A DNA stretch of 64,000 bases from an uncultured Deferribacteres bacterium (lineage in GTDB: Bacteria > Zhuqueibacterota > JdFR-76 > DREG01). The stretch covers positions 2,980-66,979 of the forward strand of contig CAJVYQ010000019.1 in NCBI GenBank assembly GCA_913009825.1, given 5' to 3'. Under the pieces are notes generated by a model. The model was not told where the DNA came from. It saw nothing but the letters and a program-made list of their open reading frames with translations, and did not search any database. Both the position numbers and the translations under genes were made by a program. The stretch's first letter is position 1, and every line of letters begins with the position of its first letter. This document shows, in pieces, positions 28,044-40,593 of this stretch.

Positions 28044-28155
28044 GTTTGCTGAAACCGTCCAGCCCACACCTGTCTGCCGCAGCCGGAAAAAACACGACAT
28101 ACCGGCCTGCCGCAGGCATTTACGAAAACCTCGATGGGTTGGAAAACAACTTTGT

Positions 28156-28272
28156 CCTGATTTGAGCGATTCTTTTGTTTTTAAGTTTGTGACCGTTACT
28201 GAACGGGTTTATACTTTTAATGTGAATTCTGTTGGCGATTCCGCGAATCGCTCTACAATCGCTCAATTCAGG
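28156..28272 (-). mobile_element. MITE family A, copy 2 (reverse orientation)
   Basis: CCTGATTTGAGCGATTC...GGCGATTCCGCGAATCGCTCTACAATCGCTCAATTCAGG, flanked on both sides by TTTGT (possible target duplication). Confidence 0.8.
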
Positions 28273-28325
28273 TTTGTATTGTATCCTGAATAGTTACAGT
28301 TTTCCATATATTTTAGATCAAAAAC

Positions 28326-29672
28326 ATGTTAAACAACCGGGTTAATCAAAAAAGCTTCATCTTCGATACCAACAAATGCACCGGCTGCGGTGCGTGCATA
28401 CTGGCCTGTTCCATTGAGAATGAATTGGAATTTGGCGCCTCCCGGCGCCGGGTATTCACATTCAACGAGGCCCATTATCCGGCTCTGCCCCGCTTTCACC
28501 TTTCGCTGGCGTGTAATCACTGTTTGGACCCGCCCTGTCTCAAATACTGTCCTGCCCGCGCCTACCATAAAGATGAACAAACCGGCGCCGTGATTCTGGA
28601 TCAGGACAAATGTATCGGCTGTAAGTATTGTTCCTGGGCCTGTCCTTACGATGCGCCGCAATTCAATCCATTATCCGGGCTGATGGAAAAATGCACTTTC
28701 TGCGAGCATCGTCTGGCGGAAAATATAGAGCCCGCCTGCGTGGAACTTTGCCCCACCACCGCGCTGCGGTTTGGTGATTACGGCTCAGAAAAAAATTCCA
28801 CAGGAGTACCCGGTTTCACTAAAACGGAAATAAAACCGGCCATCCAATTGATTCCGCTGCAGGAGAACCGCACCGTACCTGAATTTTCGCTGCAACCTGC
28901 AGAAGCAATACAGAAAAAAATCCCGCAGTCTTCGCCTGTATCAAAAATCAGGCTGCAATCCGAGTGGTCACTCATCCTGTTCACGCTTCTCACAGCCATT
29001 TTGGTTGGTTGGATCAGTGCGGCGGTTGTTTACGGCAGCCGGATCGATCCCGTTCAATTTGCCGGTTTTGGTGCCGGGACATTGCTAATCAGTCTGGGAC
29101 ATTTGGGGAAAAAGAGCCGGGCCTATCGTACCATCCTTAATTGGCGCCATTCCTGGCTGAGCCGGGAGATCAGCCTGTTTCCCCTGTTCCTGTTTTTGTC
29201 GGCCGTCTTTATGTTACGAATCGCTGAGGGGCATATTTTAAAATCCTTTGTTTTATTGTCCGGAGTAGTGCTGCTTGTTGCGATGGATAAGGTGTATGAG
29301 ACGGTTTCTTTCTCCCGCTTGCGATTACACAGCGCCGGAACGGTACTCACCGGATTTCTGTTTTTTGCCTATTTTGCCGCTCAACAGAATATTTTCATCT
29401 CCGTTTTGTTTCTTAAATTGGTTTTGTACGCCGGCAGAAAATTCAACGTAGAACTGTACCGGTCAAAAATACACCCGCTTGCATCTGTCACTCGCATCAT
29501 CGCCGGTTTTTTCCTCCCGCCGGTTCTGTTTCATTATTTTTCTCCCGGTTCTGCCGTTTTCATTTTCCTGTTTATCACAACGGGAGAACTGTTAGACCGG
29601 TGTGAATTTTTTCTGGAAATGAACATCCCGACTCCCCAAAACCAGATTGTCACGGATATGTTAAATGATTGA
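28326..29672 (+). CDS. Fusion of a DmsB-like four-cluster ferredoxin and a DmsC-like membrane anchor
   Basis: The N-terminal about 165 aa carry CTGCGACILAC, CNHCLDPPCLKYCP, CIGCKYCSWACP and CTFC...CVELCP. About 8 helices follow, including HLGKKSRAYRTILNWRHSWLSREI, which resembles the DmsC-family HLG..R....SWLSRE block. No Tat signal is present. Confidence 0.7.
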   Translation: MLNNRVNQKSFIFDTNKCTGCGACILACSIENELEFGASRRRVFTFNEAHYPALPRFHLSLACNHCLDPPCLKYCPARAYHKDEQTGAVILDQDKCIGCKYCSWACPYDAPQFNPLSGLMEKCTFCEHRLAENIEPACVELCPTTALRFGDYGSEKNSTGVPGFTKTEIKPAIQLIPLQENRTVPEFSLQPAEAIQKKIPQSSPVSKIRLQSEWSLILFTLLTAILVGWISAAVVYGSRIDPVQFAGFGAGTLLISLGHLGKKSRAYRTILNWRHSWLSREISLFPLFLFLSAVFMLRIAEGHILKSFVLLSGVVLLVAMDKVYETVSFSRLRLHSAGTVLTGFLFFAYFAAQQNIFISVLFLKLVLYAGRKFNVELYRSKIHPLASVTRIIAGFFLPPVLFHYFSPGSAVFIFLFITTGELLDRCEFFLEMNIPTPQNQIVTDMLND

Positions 29673-29678
29673 AATCTT

Positions 29679-29757
29679 GTAACTATTTAGGGAAGTACGG
29701 GGGGTGTAAAACAACTTCCAATATTATTATTACTATACATCCCGGGGTGTTAAATGG
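29679..29757. repeat. Family E-like element fragment (GTAACTATTTAGGG terminus)
   Basis: Starts 7 nt after the stop at 29672. GTACGGGGGGTGTAAAACAACTTCC resembles CACGGGAAGTGTAAAATAACTTTT in the 23.4-kb copy. Confidence 0.4.
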
Positions 29758-29762
29758 TTTTA

Positions 29763-32700
29763 TTAGCTTTCACTGACGATGGCGGAAAATTGCCGGAAAT
29801 TTTGATCGATCTGTTCTAACAATGACGGCACTTTGTCCAGTGTTTTTTCTTTGCCCAATTTTTCTATCTCCGAAGCGATTTCAGCGATCGCAACGGCGCC
29901 CATATTCAAACTGGCGCCTTTTATGGTGTGGGCAATCCGTTCGATAAGCTTGTGATCCCCCTGTTTCACTGCGCTTTTTAATTTTGCCTGCTGATTTTGG
30001 AAATCTTCGATATAGACAGTAATAATTTCTGCCAGTAATTCCGTATCATTATCCAACCGGTTCAGTAAAGATTGGCGATCAAACCGGACGGCCTTTTCTG
30101 TTCCGCCAATATTGTGTGTTTCCTTATTATTCCGGGCATCATAGTTAGAAAAGTGCTTTTCGATCACTTGCAGCAGCGCTTCCGGTTCGATAGGTTTGGC
30201 GATGTAATCATCCATACCAACGTCGAGGCAGGCCTCCCGGTCCCCTTTCATGGCGTGTGCGGTCATCGCCACAATTTTGATATCATGATCGGGCACATCG
30301 GAATCGGAATCACGGATGATTTTCGTAGTTGCAAAGCCATCCAGTACCGGCATCTGAACATCCATCAAAATCAGGTCGTAATGTTTGTTTTTTAAAGCTT
30401 CAAGCGTTTCGGCGCCATCGTTGGTTACATCGGCATGGAAACCTAATTTTTCCAATATATGCAAAGCCACTTTTTGATTGACTAAATTATCTTCGGCAAG
30501 TAAAATCCGGAAATTATGTTTGCGATTCTCTTCCAATGAGTGTCTGGTGACCATGGATTTACCCGGCTGACTCGTCACCAATGTTTGATTTACCACGGTG
30601 GCGAGACATTCATAAAGCTGAGCCTGTTTCACCGGTTTTGTCAGATACGCTTTAAAACCGATTTTTTTTATCCGTTTTGCCTCGCCGCGCTCGCCGATAG
30701 AAGTGAGCATAATTAAAATGAGATGGTGCAATTCAGGGTCGTTTTTTATTTTTCTCCCAAGCGTTTCACCGTCCATTTCCGGCATCATCATGTCCAGGAT
30801 GGCAATATCATAAGGTTCGTCACCGGCCTGGCCGCGGCGCAGTTCTGTTAATGCTTCCCGGCCACAATTTGCTTCTCCGATTTTACAACCCAAAGCTTGC
30901 AACTGCTCAGTTAAAACAAACCGGTTCGTTGCATTATCATCCACAATTAAAATTTTCTGGTTGCGGATTTCATCCAAAGATGCAAATTTCACTTCCTGGC
31001 TGCCGGGTTGTTTTTCAAACACAGCAGTAAACCAGAATGTAGAACCTTCGCCTTCTTTGCTGTCCACGCCGATTTCTCCTCCCATCATTTCGGCGATCTC
31101 TTTGGAAATAGCCAGCCCCAAACCCGTGCCGCCAAATTTCCGTGTGGTGGAAGCATCAACCTGGGTAAAAGGATTAAATATTTTTCTCAATCGATCCGCA
31201 GGAATCCCGATGCCGGTATCAGAAACCTCAAACCGAAGTTTGGCCCGGGCATCTTCTTCCTCAACCAGTTTCACGCGGATCACCACTTCCCCATCTTTGG
31301 TAAATTTGATGGCATTATTCGCCAGATTGATCAAAACCTGTCGCAATCTACCCGGATCACCCTTGAGCAGGGAGGGCACTTCATTGTATATCAAACAGGC
31401 CAGTTCCAATCCTTTACTCTGCGCCCGGTGCGCCAACAGTGAAGCGATATCCTCCACGGCGAACCGCAAGTCGAAATCGATGCATTCCATCTCCAGTTTT
31501 CCGGCTTCAATTTTGGAAAAGTCCAGAATATCATTGATTACTTTCAACAAGGTATCTGCGCTGGAACGTACAATTTCGGCATATTCCTGTTGTTCGGAAT
31601 TCAATTTCGTATCCAGCAGCAAGTCTGTCATGCCGATGACGCCATTCATGGGTGTGCGAATTTCATGGCTCATGTTGGCCAGAAAATCACTTTTGGCTCT
31701 ATTGGCCGTTTGTGCGGTTTTGATTGCCTGGTTCAATTCCCCTTCGGCATATTTCCGTTCGGTAATGTCACGCGCAAAGGCAAAATTATATTCTTTCCCT
31801 TCAAAATTAAGATAATTCAGAACCAATTCTACCGGAAATGTCCGCCCGTCTTTGGCAAGATGCTGCGATTCGATGATCATGGAACCTTGTTTTTTTATAT
31901 TTTCCCAATGTTCCGGCCAGATTTTTTTTGTGAATTTCGCATCAATATCGTGAACCGTCAAGGTTAAGAGTTCATCCCTTGAATACCCCAGATTTTTACA
32001 AGCGGAATCGTTCACATATTGAAAATGCGCATCCGGCCCGATCCAGAAAACGGCATCTGCAGAATGATCCACTGAGAATTGGGTGAGACGTAATTTCTTT
32101 TCGGTTCTCTTCCGTTCCGAAATTTCCTGCTTTAAGTCGTTATTTGTCTTCTTAATCTCCCGGGTTCTTTCCTCTACCCGGTTTTCCAGCTCCTTGTTAG
32201 TACGTTTCACCGACCTTGTTTTAACATGAACTATCAACCCAATGAATAGAATCAGGCTAATTATGCCAAGGGTTCGAAACCATCCGGTTTGCCAGATGGG
32301 GGGGGTAATGGTAATTTTCAAAGAGGCTCCGGCTTCATTCCAGACTCCGTCACTGTTCGACCCCTTCACACGAAAGACATATTCACCCGGAGGAAGACTG
32401 TGAAAAGGCACATAGCGGCGATGACCAAGATTGATCCAATCCCGGTCGAATCCCGCCAATTTATAAGCGTATCGATTCTCTTCCGGGTTGCTGAAATGCA
32501 GCGCGACAATTTCAAAAGAGAAAACATAATCCTTGTAAGACAGGGTAATCTCTTTCGTTTCGGTGATCGATTTTTTTAATGGGGAATTCTCATTTATGGG
32601 TACCGATTGATTGAAAATTTTAAAGTCCGTGATCAAAATGGGCGGCACGTAGGGATTATCAACAATTTTACCCGGCAAAAAAGAGTTGAAACCGTTAATA

Positions 32701-34895
32701 CCGCCGAAATAGATCTTGCCACTGCGGTCTTTATAACCGGCGCCTAAATTAAATTCGTTACTTTGCAAGCCATCCTGCATATTAAAATTCCGGAATTTTT
32801 CTGTTTTGGGGTCAAATCTTGAAAGCCCTTTATTCGTACTTAGCCACAGTAAACCGCTGTCATCTTCAACAATGGCATAAACCAGTTCATTGGGCAAACC
32901 GTCTTTTTCCGTATAGTGAACAAACCGGGCTCCCGCCACCTTTCCGTCATTCGATTTTTCCGTTATCCTTTTATTCAGGCCGCCGTTAGGTGTCCCCACC
33001 CATAATGTGCCGAGATGATCAAAATAGAGAGATAGTATTGCATTGCTGTTGAGGCTGAATGGGTCTTTGGCATCCGACAAATAGCGGGTAAATTTCCCGG
33101 TGGCCGCATCAAAACGGTTCAATCCCTCGATGGTGCCAATCCAGATATTTCCATTCTGATCTTGCGTGATTGAATAAATATAATTGTTGCTCAAACTATG
33201 CTGGTTGTTTTTGTCATGGAAATAATGGGTAAATGCCACCCCATCCTTTTGCTTGCCTTGTAGACTCACACGGGGAATTCTGTTTAAACCGTTTACGGTG
33301 CCAATCCATAAATTGTCATCATAATCCGTGTAGACTACTCTCACCAGGTTGCTGCTTAAACTTTTTGGATCTCCGTCATTATGTTTAAAATTGGTGAACC
33401 TGATCTTGTCATCTCCAACCGGATTGAGTCTGAATTGATTCAGACCGTCCTGCGTTGCCAGCCAGAAGCTGCCGGCACGATCCTGGCAGATCGACATGAT
33501 GCGATCATTGCTTAAACTGCCGGTATCACCGGGGGAATGATTGTAATGCCGGAACCGTTCCACGCCATCTTTATCCATAGACATCCGGTTCAGCCCCTGA
33601 TACGTTCCAATCCATAGAGTGCCGGTACTATCCTGATAGAAAGAACGAACATACCCTCCCTTCAATCCATTTTTATCATCGGGAGTTGGCTTGTATTGCA
33701 CAAAATGTTTCTTCCGCAGATCGAATTTACTGATGCCGCCAATGGTGCCAATCCAGAGTACACCGGCTTCATCTTCATAAATAGATAACACCTCATCATT
33801 CGATAAACTGTGAGCGTCAAAAGGGTTGTATTGATATTGAATAAAACCGGCATTATGATTTTCTTTTGATACGGAACCGGACAAATTTTCACCTGCATGC
33901 TCAACATCAGTCAGCTTATTCAACCCTTTTGATTTTGTGCCGATCCACAGATTGCCATTTGTACTTCCGAACAGAGCTGTCACATAATTGTCAATTAGAC
34001 TGAATGGACGCCCGGCTGCATGATAAAAACGGGAAAACCGGTCACGCTCCCGGTCATAACGATTGAGACCGCCGTTTTCCGTGCCGATCCACAACTCACC
34101 GGAATTATCTTCGCCAATGGCAGAAATAAAATTATTACTTAAACTATTTTGGTCCCGCTTATCGAGGGAATAGTGGATAAAATGATCTCCCCCCTCGTCC
34201 AGCCTGTTCAGCCCGCCGCCGGCTGTGCCAATCCATAATACACCCAAATGATCCAGAAAAAGCACAGTGATCCGATTGTTACTGAGACTGCCGGGATCAT
34301 CGTCAATTTTTCTATAATGAGTGATATAGCATTGGGAATTTTCCGACCAACTCATTTTATTCAGCCCGTTATCTGTACCAATCCAGAGAACACCGTTTTT
34401 ATCCTGACAGATCGCATTGATAAAATTGTTGCAGATACCGGAAGGATCGACCGGATTATATTGAAAACGGGTAAAATTATTTTTCTCCCGGTCGAACAGA
34501 TTCAAACCGCCCCCGTAAGTGCCGATCCAGAGTGATTTATTTTCGTCTTCAAAAATTGTTTTGATATAATTGAAACTCAAACTGGTGGAATCATTTGAAC
34601 TCCATTTATAAACGGTGAATTGGTAGCCGTCATATTTATTTAAACCATCTTGTGTACCAAACCACATGAATCCTTCGTAATCCTGAAGGATACACAAAAC
34701 CGTTGTTTGCGATAAACCTTCATCGATGCCAATGTTCTGAAATTTAATATATTCTTCCTGGGCAAACAGATGGAATGGAAGGATAAACATAAATACAAGC
34801 AGAATTCTTACGATCCGATAAAACGCCAAAATTCGCAATCTGTAAGTCTCCCCCGCTGTTATTCTCTTAACCGGCCGGCATAACGATTTTAACAT
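29763..34895 (-). CDS. Hybrid sensor histidine kinase: periplasmic Reg_prop beta-propellers plus Y_Y_Y domain, TM, PAS, HisKA/HATPase, two receiver domains, Hpt
   Basis: 1710 aa. It has many LWIGT..GLNR repeats, the TM helix WFRTLGIISLILFIGLIV, the H-box FLANMSHEIRTPMNG, the G-box GGTGLGLAISK, receivers ILIVDDNATNRF..DMMMPEMDG and ILLAEDNLVNQK..DVQMPVLDG, and the Hpt motif HTIKGAS. Confidence 0.9.
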   Translation of the reverse strand: MLKSLCRPVKRITAGETYRLRILAFYRIVRILLVFMFILPFHLFAQEEYIKFQNIGIDEGLSQTTVLCILQDYEGFMWFGTQDGLNKYDGYQFTVYKWSSNDSTSLSFNYIKTIFEDENKSLWIGTYGGGLNLFDREKNNFTRFQYNPVDPSGICNNFINAICQDKNGVLWIGTDNGLNKMSWSENSQCYITHYRKIDDDPGSLSNNRITVLFLDHLGVLWIGTAGGGLNRLDEGGDHFIHYSLDKRDQNSLSNNFISAIGEDNSGELWIGTENGGLNRYDRERDRFSRFYHAAGRPFSLIDNYVTALFGSTNGNLWIGTKSKGLNKLTDVEHAGENLSGSVSKENHNAGFIQYQYNPFDAHSLSNDEVLSIYEDEAGVLWIGTIGGISKFDLRKKHFVQYKPTPDDKNGLKGGYVRSFYQDSTGTLWIGTYQGLNRMSMDKDGVERFRHYNHSPGDTGSLSNDRIMSICQDRAGSFWLATQDGLNQFRLNPVGDDKIRFTNFKHNDGDPKSLSSNLVRVVYTDYDDNLWIGTVNGLNRIPRVSLQGKQKDGVAFTHYFHDKNNQHSLSNNYIYSITQDQNGNIWIGTIEGLNRFDAATGKFTRYLSDAKDPFSLNSNAILSLYFDHLGTLWVGTPNGGLNKRITEKSNDGKVAGARFVHYTEKDGLPNELVYAIVEDDSGLLWLSTNKGLSRFDPKTEKFRNFNMQDGLQSNEFNLGAGYKDRSGKIYFGGINGFNSFLPGKIVDNPYVPPILITDFKIFNQSVPINENSPLKKSITETKEITLSYKDYVFSFEIVALHFSNPEENRYAYKLAGFDRDWINLGHRRYVPFHSLPPGEYVFRVKGSNSDGVWNEAGASLKITITPPIWQTGWFRTLGIISLILFIGLIVHVKTRSVKRTNKELENRVEERTREIKKTNNDLKQEISERKRTEKKLRLTQFSVDHSADAVFWIGPDAHFQYVNDSACKNLGYSRDELLTLTVHDIDAKFTKKIWPEHWENIKKQGSMIIESQHLAKDGRTFPVELVLNYLNFEGKEYNFAFARDITERKYAEGELNQAIKTAQTANRAKSDFLANMSHEIRTPMNGVIGMTDLLLDTKLNSEQQEYAEIVRSSADTLLKVINDILDFSKIEAGKLEMECIDFDLRFAVEDIASLLAHRAQSKGLELACLIYNEVPSLLKGDPGRLRQVLINLANNAIKFTKDGEVVIRVKLVEEEDARAKLRFEVSDTGIGIPADRLRKIFNPFTQVDASTTRKFGGTGLGLAISKEIAEMMGGEIGVDSKEGEGSTFWFTAVFEKQPGSQEVKFASLDEIRNQKILIVDDNATNRFVLTEQLQALGCKIGEANCGREALTELRRGQAGDEPYDIAILDMMMPEMDGETLGRKIKNDPELHHLILIMLTSIGERGEAKRIKKIGFKAYLTKPVKQAQLYECLATVVNQTLVTSQPGKSMVTRHSLEENRKHNFRILLAEDNLVNQKVALHILEKLGFHADVTNDGAETLEALKNKHYDLILMDVQMPVLDGFATTKIIRDSDSDVPDHDIKIVAMTAHAMKGDREACLDVGMDDYIAKPIEPEALLQVIEKHFSNYDARNNKETHNIGGTEKAVRFDRQSLLNRLDNDTELLAEIITVYIEDFQNQQAKLKSAVKQGDHKLIERIAHTIKGASLNMGAVAIAEIASEIEKLGKEKTLDKVPSLLEQIDQNFRQFSAIVSES

Positions 34896-35174
34896 GATTT
34901 TTGTAAAACCTCTTTTAGAATTAAGAATCTACATTTTGTAAAAAAGCAACTTCTCATTAAAAATATTAAATCACTAATAATTTATCGGAAGGAGTGCAAA
35001 AAAGATAAACCATTTTATGGTGGTAATTTATTCTTCAACGCAAACGTCACGGCTCATTTGACAAAAAGAGTATTCGCTCAGTTTTTTTAAATTTAAAAAC
35101 AGTACTACTTGTAAACTTTAGTTTTTTGGAACGATAACTTGGTGTTGTGCCAAAAAATCAAAATGTTACAAAAT

Positions 35175-35291
35175 CCTGAATTGAGCGATTGTAGAGCGAT
35201 TCGCCGAATCGCCAACAGGATTTATACCCAAAGATGAAAATTCGTTTGTAAACGCAACAAGTTCAAAAACATAAAAATTGTTCAATTCAGA
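35175..35291 (+). mobile_element. MITE family A, copy 3 (forward)
   Basis: CCTGAATTGAGCGATTGTAGAGCGATTCGCCGAATCGCCAACAGGATTTATAC...AACAAGTTCAAAAAC...TTCAATTCAG. Confidence 0.8.
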
Positions 35292-35297
35292 AAAATA

Positions 35298-38490
<3,193 letters not shown>

Positions 38491-38837
38491 TTATTGAATA
38501 AACAGACCGAATCCGGCCAAATTGCCTGCAGCAGACAAGACAGAAACGGCAAAGTTCAATTCCTCAGATAGTTTTGCAGAAAAAGTGATAGAAAAATCGC
38601 AAAAAAACAGGTGAAAATCAAGGATAAAAGGGATGACTTCACTCCCGGAGACAATCATTTTCATCCGAACACGCTGTCGATTAAACAAACTTTCAAAGTT
38701 TTTCTCCGCATTAGTTTCAACATATTGTGTAATTTGAAAGTCAATGCAGCAATTATTCGAACCGGTTATAAACTTTGGAAGTTTTCCGGTAGTAGATCGA
38801 CAAACATATTTATAACCTCCCGCTGCTCCCGCTCTCA

Positions 38838-40085
38838 TTATTTTCCGGGATTCCACACCCCTCTGGCAACGGCCGGAATGAACCTTGCCAGTTCCGGTGA
38901 CGGAAAAACAATGGTTTTTTCCTGTTCCGCGCTCATATAGGCGGTCATCAGCAGTTCGGTCACATTCAGGCCGTCGCTGAAATTTTCGGTGGGTCGTTTC
39001 CCCGACAGGAAAGACTGCACCATGTGCCGGTTCTCACCGACGTAGCCGTACTCGCCCGCTTCATCGCCCACAACCGGCATCAGGCCCACTTCCGCATTCT
39101 GTTTTTCCACCAGGTCTTCACCGGCTTCGCCGCGAACATTTCTGCTGAAAAACAGTTTCAAATCGGTATCCAGACTATTGACTTGCAGTGAATATTCCGG
39201 TCCCAACAGCTCCATACTCAAACGCAAACCGGCGCCCACATAGCACCAGGATGTGGTGGTTTCAACAATGAGCCGTTCGCCGTTTTTGTCCCGGTATTCG
39301 ATTAACGAGCGGGCAAAATCTTCCGCCGGCCGGTTGATGTAATCAATCTTACCGCCGCTATTCTCGGATAAAATTTTTGCATAATGGGGATTCTGCCATT
39401 TCAGGCAGGTTGTGTGCGCTGTCACTTTCACCGGGGTTAAAAAGGAGCGGTCTTCGCCCGGAGGCGTCAACATAAAACGCGCCACTTCCACGGAATGACA
39501 CATCATATCGTTGAGGACGCCGCCGCCCTGCAGGCTGCCTTCCCAGAACCAGGGCATGTGCGGCCCGCTGTGTTCTTCCGCCGCCCGGGCAAGATAAGGC
39601 CGACCGGAAACAGCCGCGCCTCTGGCCCAGACAATCTCACGACCGCGGGTAAGAGAAGGCGAGAAAAGTTGGTCTTCCAGATAGCCGTCCCAAAGACCTG
39701 CTTTTTGTACCAGTTCCAGCATTCTTTTCGCTTCAGCCACATTTCTGCCCAGCGGTTTTTCGCAGGCAACGCCGATCAGCTCTCCTTTGCCGGACTCGAT
39801 TGCATGGACAATCTCTTCCATCACTTCGATACGGGTAAAATTGGGCGAACAGATCCAGATTGCATCGATGTTCTGATCGGCGACCATATCGGTGATGGAA
39901 TGATAAACTTTTGCGTCTCCTACATGTAACGTCCTTGCCAGCGCGGCGGCGCTGTTTGCCGTTTTTTCATTGGGATCGACAATACCCAAAATGTCCGCAT
40001 CCCTCACGCTCTCCCATGACCGGATGTGAAACTGAGTAATGAATCCGCCGCCGACAAAACCAACACCTAATCTTTTTTTAGCCAT
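38838..40085 (-). CDS. Gfo/Idh/MocA family oxidoreductase
   Basis: 415 aa with LGVGFVGGGFITQFH Rossmann motif and a CEKPLG block. Confidence 0.8.
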   Translation of the reverse strand: MAKKRLGVGFVGGGFITQFHIRSWESVRDADILGIVDPNEKTANSAAALARTLHVGDAKVYHSITDMVADQNIDAIWICSPNFTRIEVMEEIVHAIESGKGELIGVACEKPLGRNVAEAKRMLELVQKAGLWDGYLEDQLFSPSLTRGREIVWARGAAVSGRPYLARAAEEHSGPHMPWFWEGSLQGGGVLNDMMCHSVEVARFMLTPPGEDRSFLTPVKVTAHTTCLKWQNPHYAKILSENSGGKIDYINRPAEDFARSLIEYRDKNGERLIVETTTSWCYVGAGLRLSMELLGPEYSLQVNSLDTDLKLFFSRNVRGEAGEDLVEKQNAEVGLMPVVGDEAGEYGYVGENRHMVQSFLSGKRPTENFSDGLNVTELLMTAYMSAEQEKTIVFPSPELARFIPAVARGVWNPGK

Positions 40086-40188
40086 ATTTTCCTCTCTGTT
40101 CTTTTTTTAGTCCTATTTAGTGTCTAACCGAAGACTCTGAAAAACAGTAAAAAACGTTCTTCCTGCCGCGTCCGGGGGCAGACCGCTT

Positions 40189-40369
40189 GAATCATACGGA
40201 AATGATAGAAAAACGGGGTCTTTGGTCAGGAACCAAATAGTTGCCAATCATTTTCTGTTCCATCTTTGCAATGATTTAAGTCGCCCGCTAATAACGCTAA
40301 AAAGCGTGAATACTTAACTGTTTCATCCCATTCGTATGATTCGTGTAATTCGCGGGCTGAATAGTTACC
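40189..40369. mobile_element. MITE-like element with GAATCATACG / CGTATGATTC inverted repeat, ending in CTGAATAGTTACC
   Basis: 10-bp perfect inverted repeat at 40189-40198 and 40333-40342. The shared terminus motif lies at 40357-40369. Confidence 0.5.
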
Positions 40370-40385
40370 CAATTTTTTTCAATTT

Positions 40386-40448
40386 CTCTGTGTCCTCTGC
40401 GCCTCTGCGTTAAAAAACAGGGGCTCTAAAACGCAGAGACGCAGAGAG
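40386..40448. repeat. CTCTGCG-family palindrome (family C)
   Basis: CTCTGTGTCCTCTGCGCCTCTGCGTTAAAAAACAGGGGCTCTAAAACGCAGAGACGCAGAGAG. It has the same architecture and the same flanking TTCAATTTCT as the 13-kb copies. Confidence 0.65.
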
Positions 40449-40593
40449 CGCAAAGGGCGCGGATTTCAGTAAAAACTAAAGAGTTACGTATTCTTTACAA
40501 AACAGGCCATAACAATTTGAGAAATGTTATTTTCCCAATAGCTATTTCATCCCGGCCAATACTCTCAAAAAAAACCAGATTTTTGATCCTATC

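Noticed and set aside
38491-38856. A 121-aa ORF between the GH2 gene and the oxidoreductase gene.
   Set aside because: It overlaps the 3-prime end of the 38838-40085 gene, has no RBS, and has an implausible composition. The region is more likely the GH2 promoter/leader.
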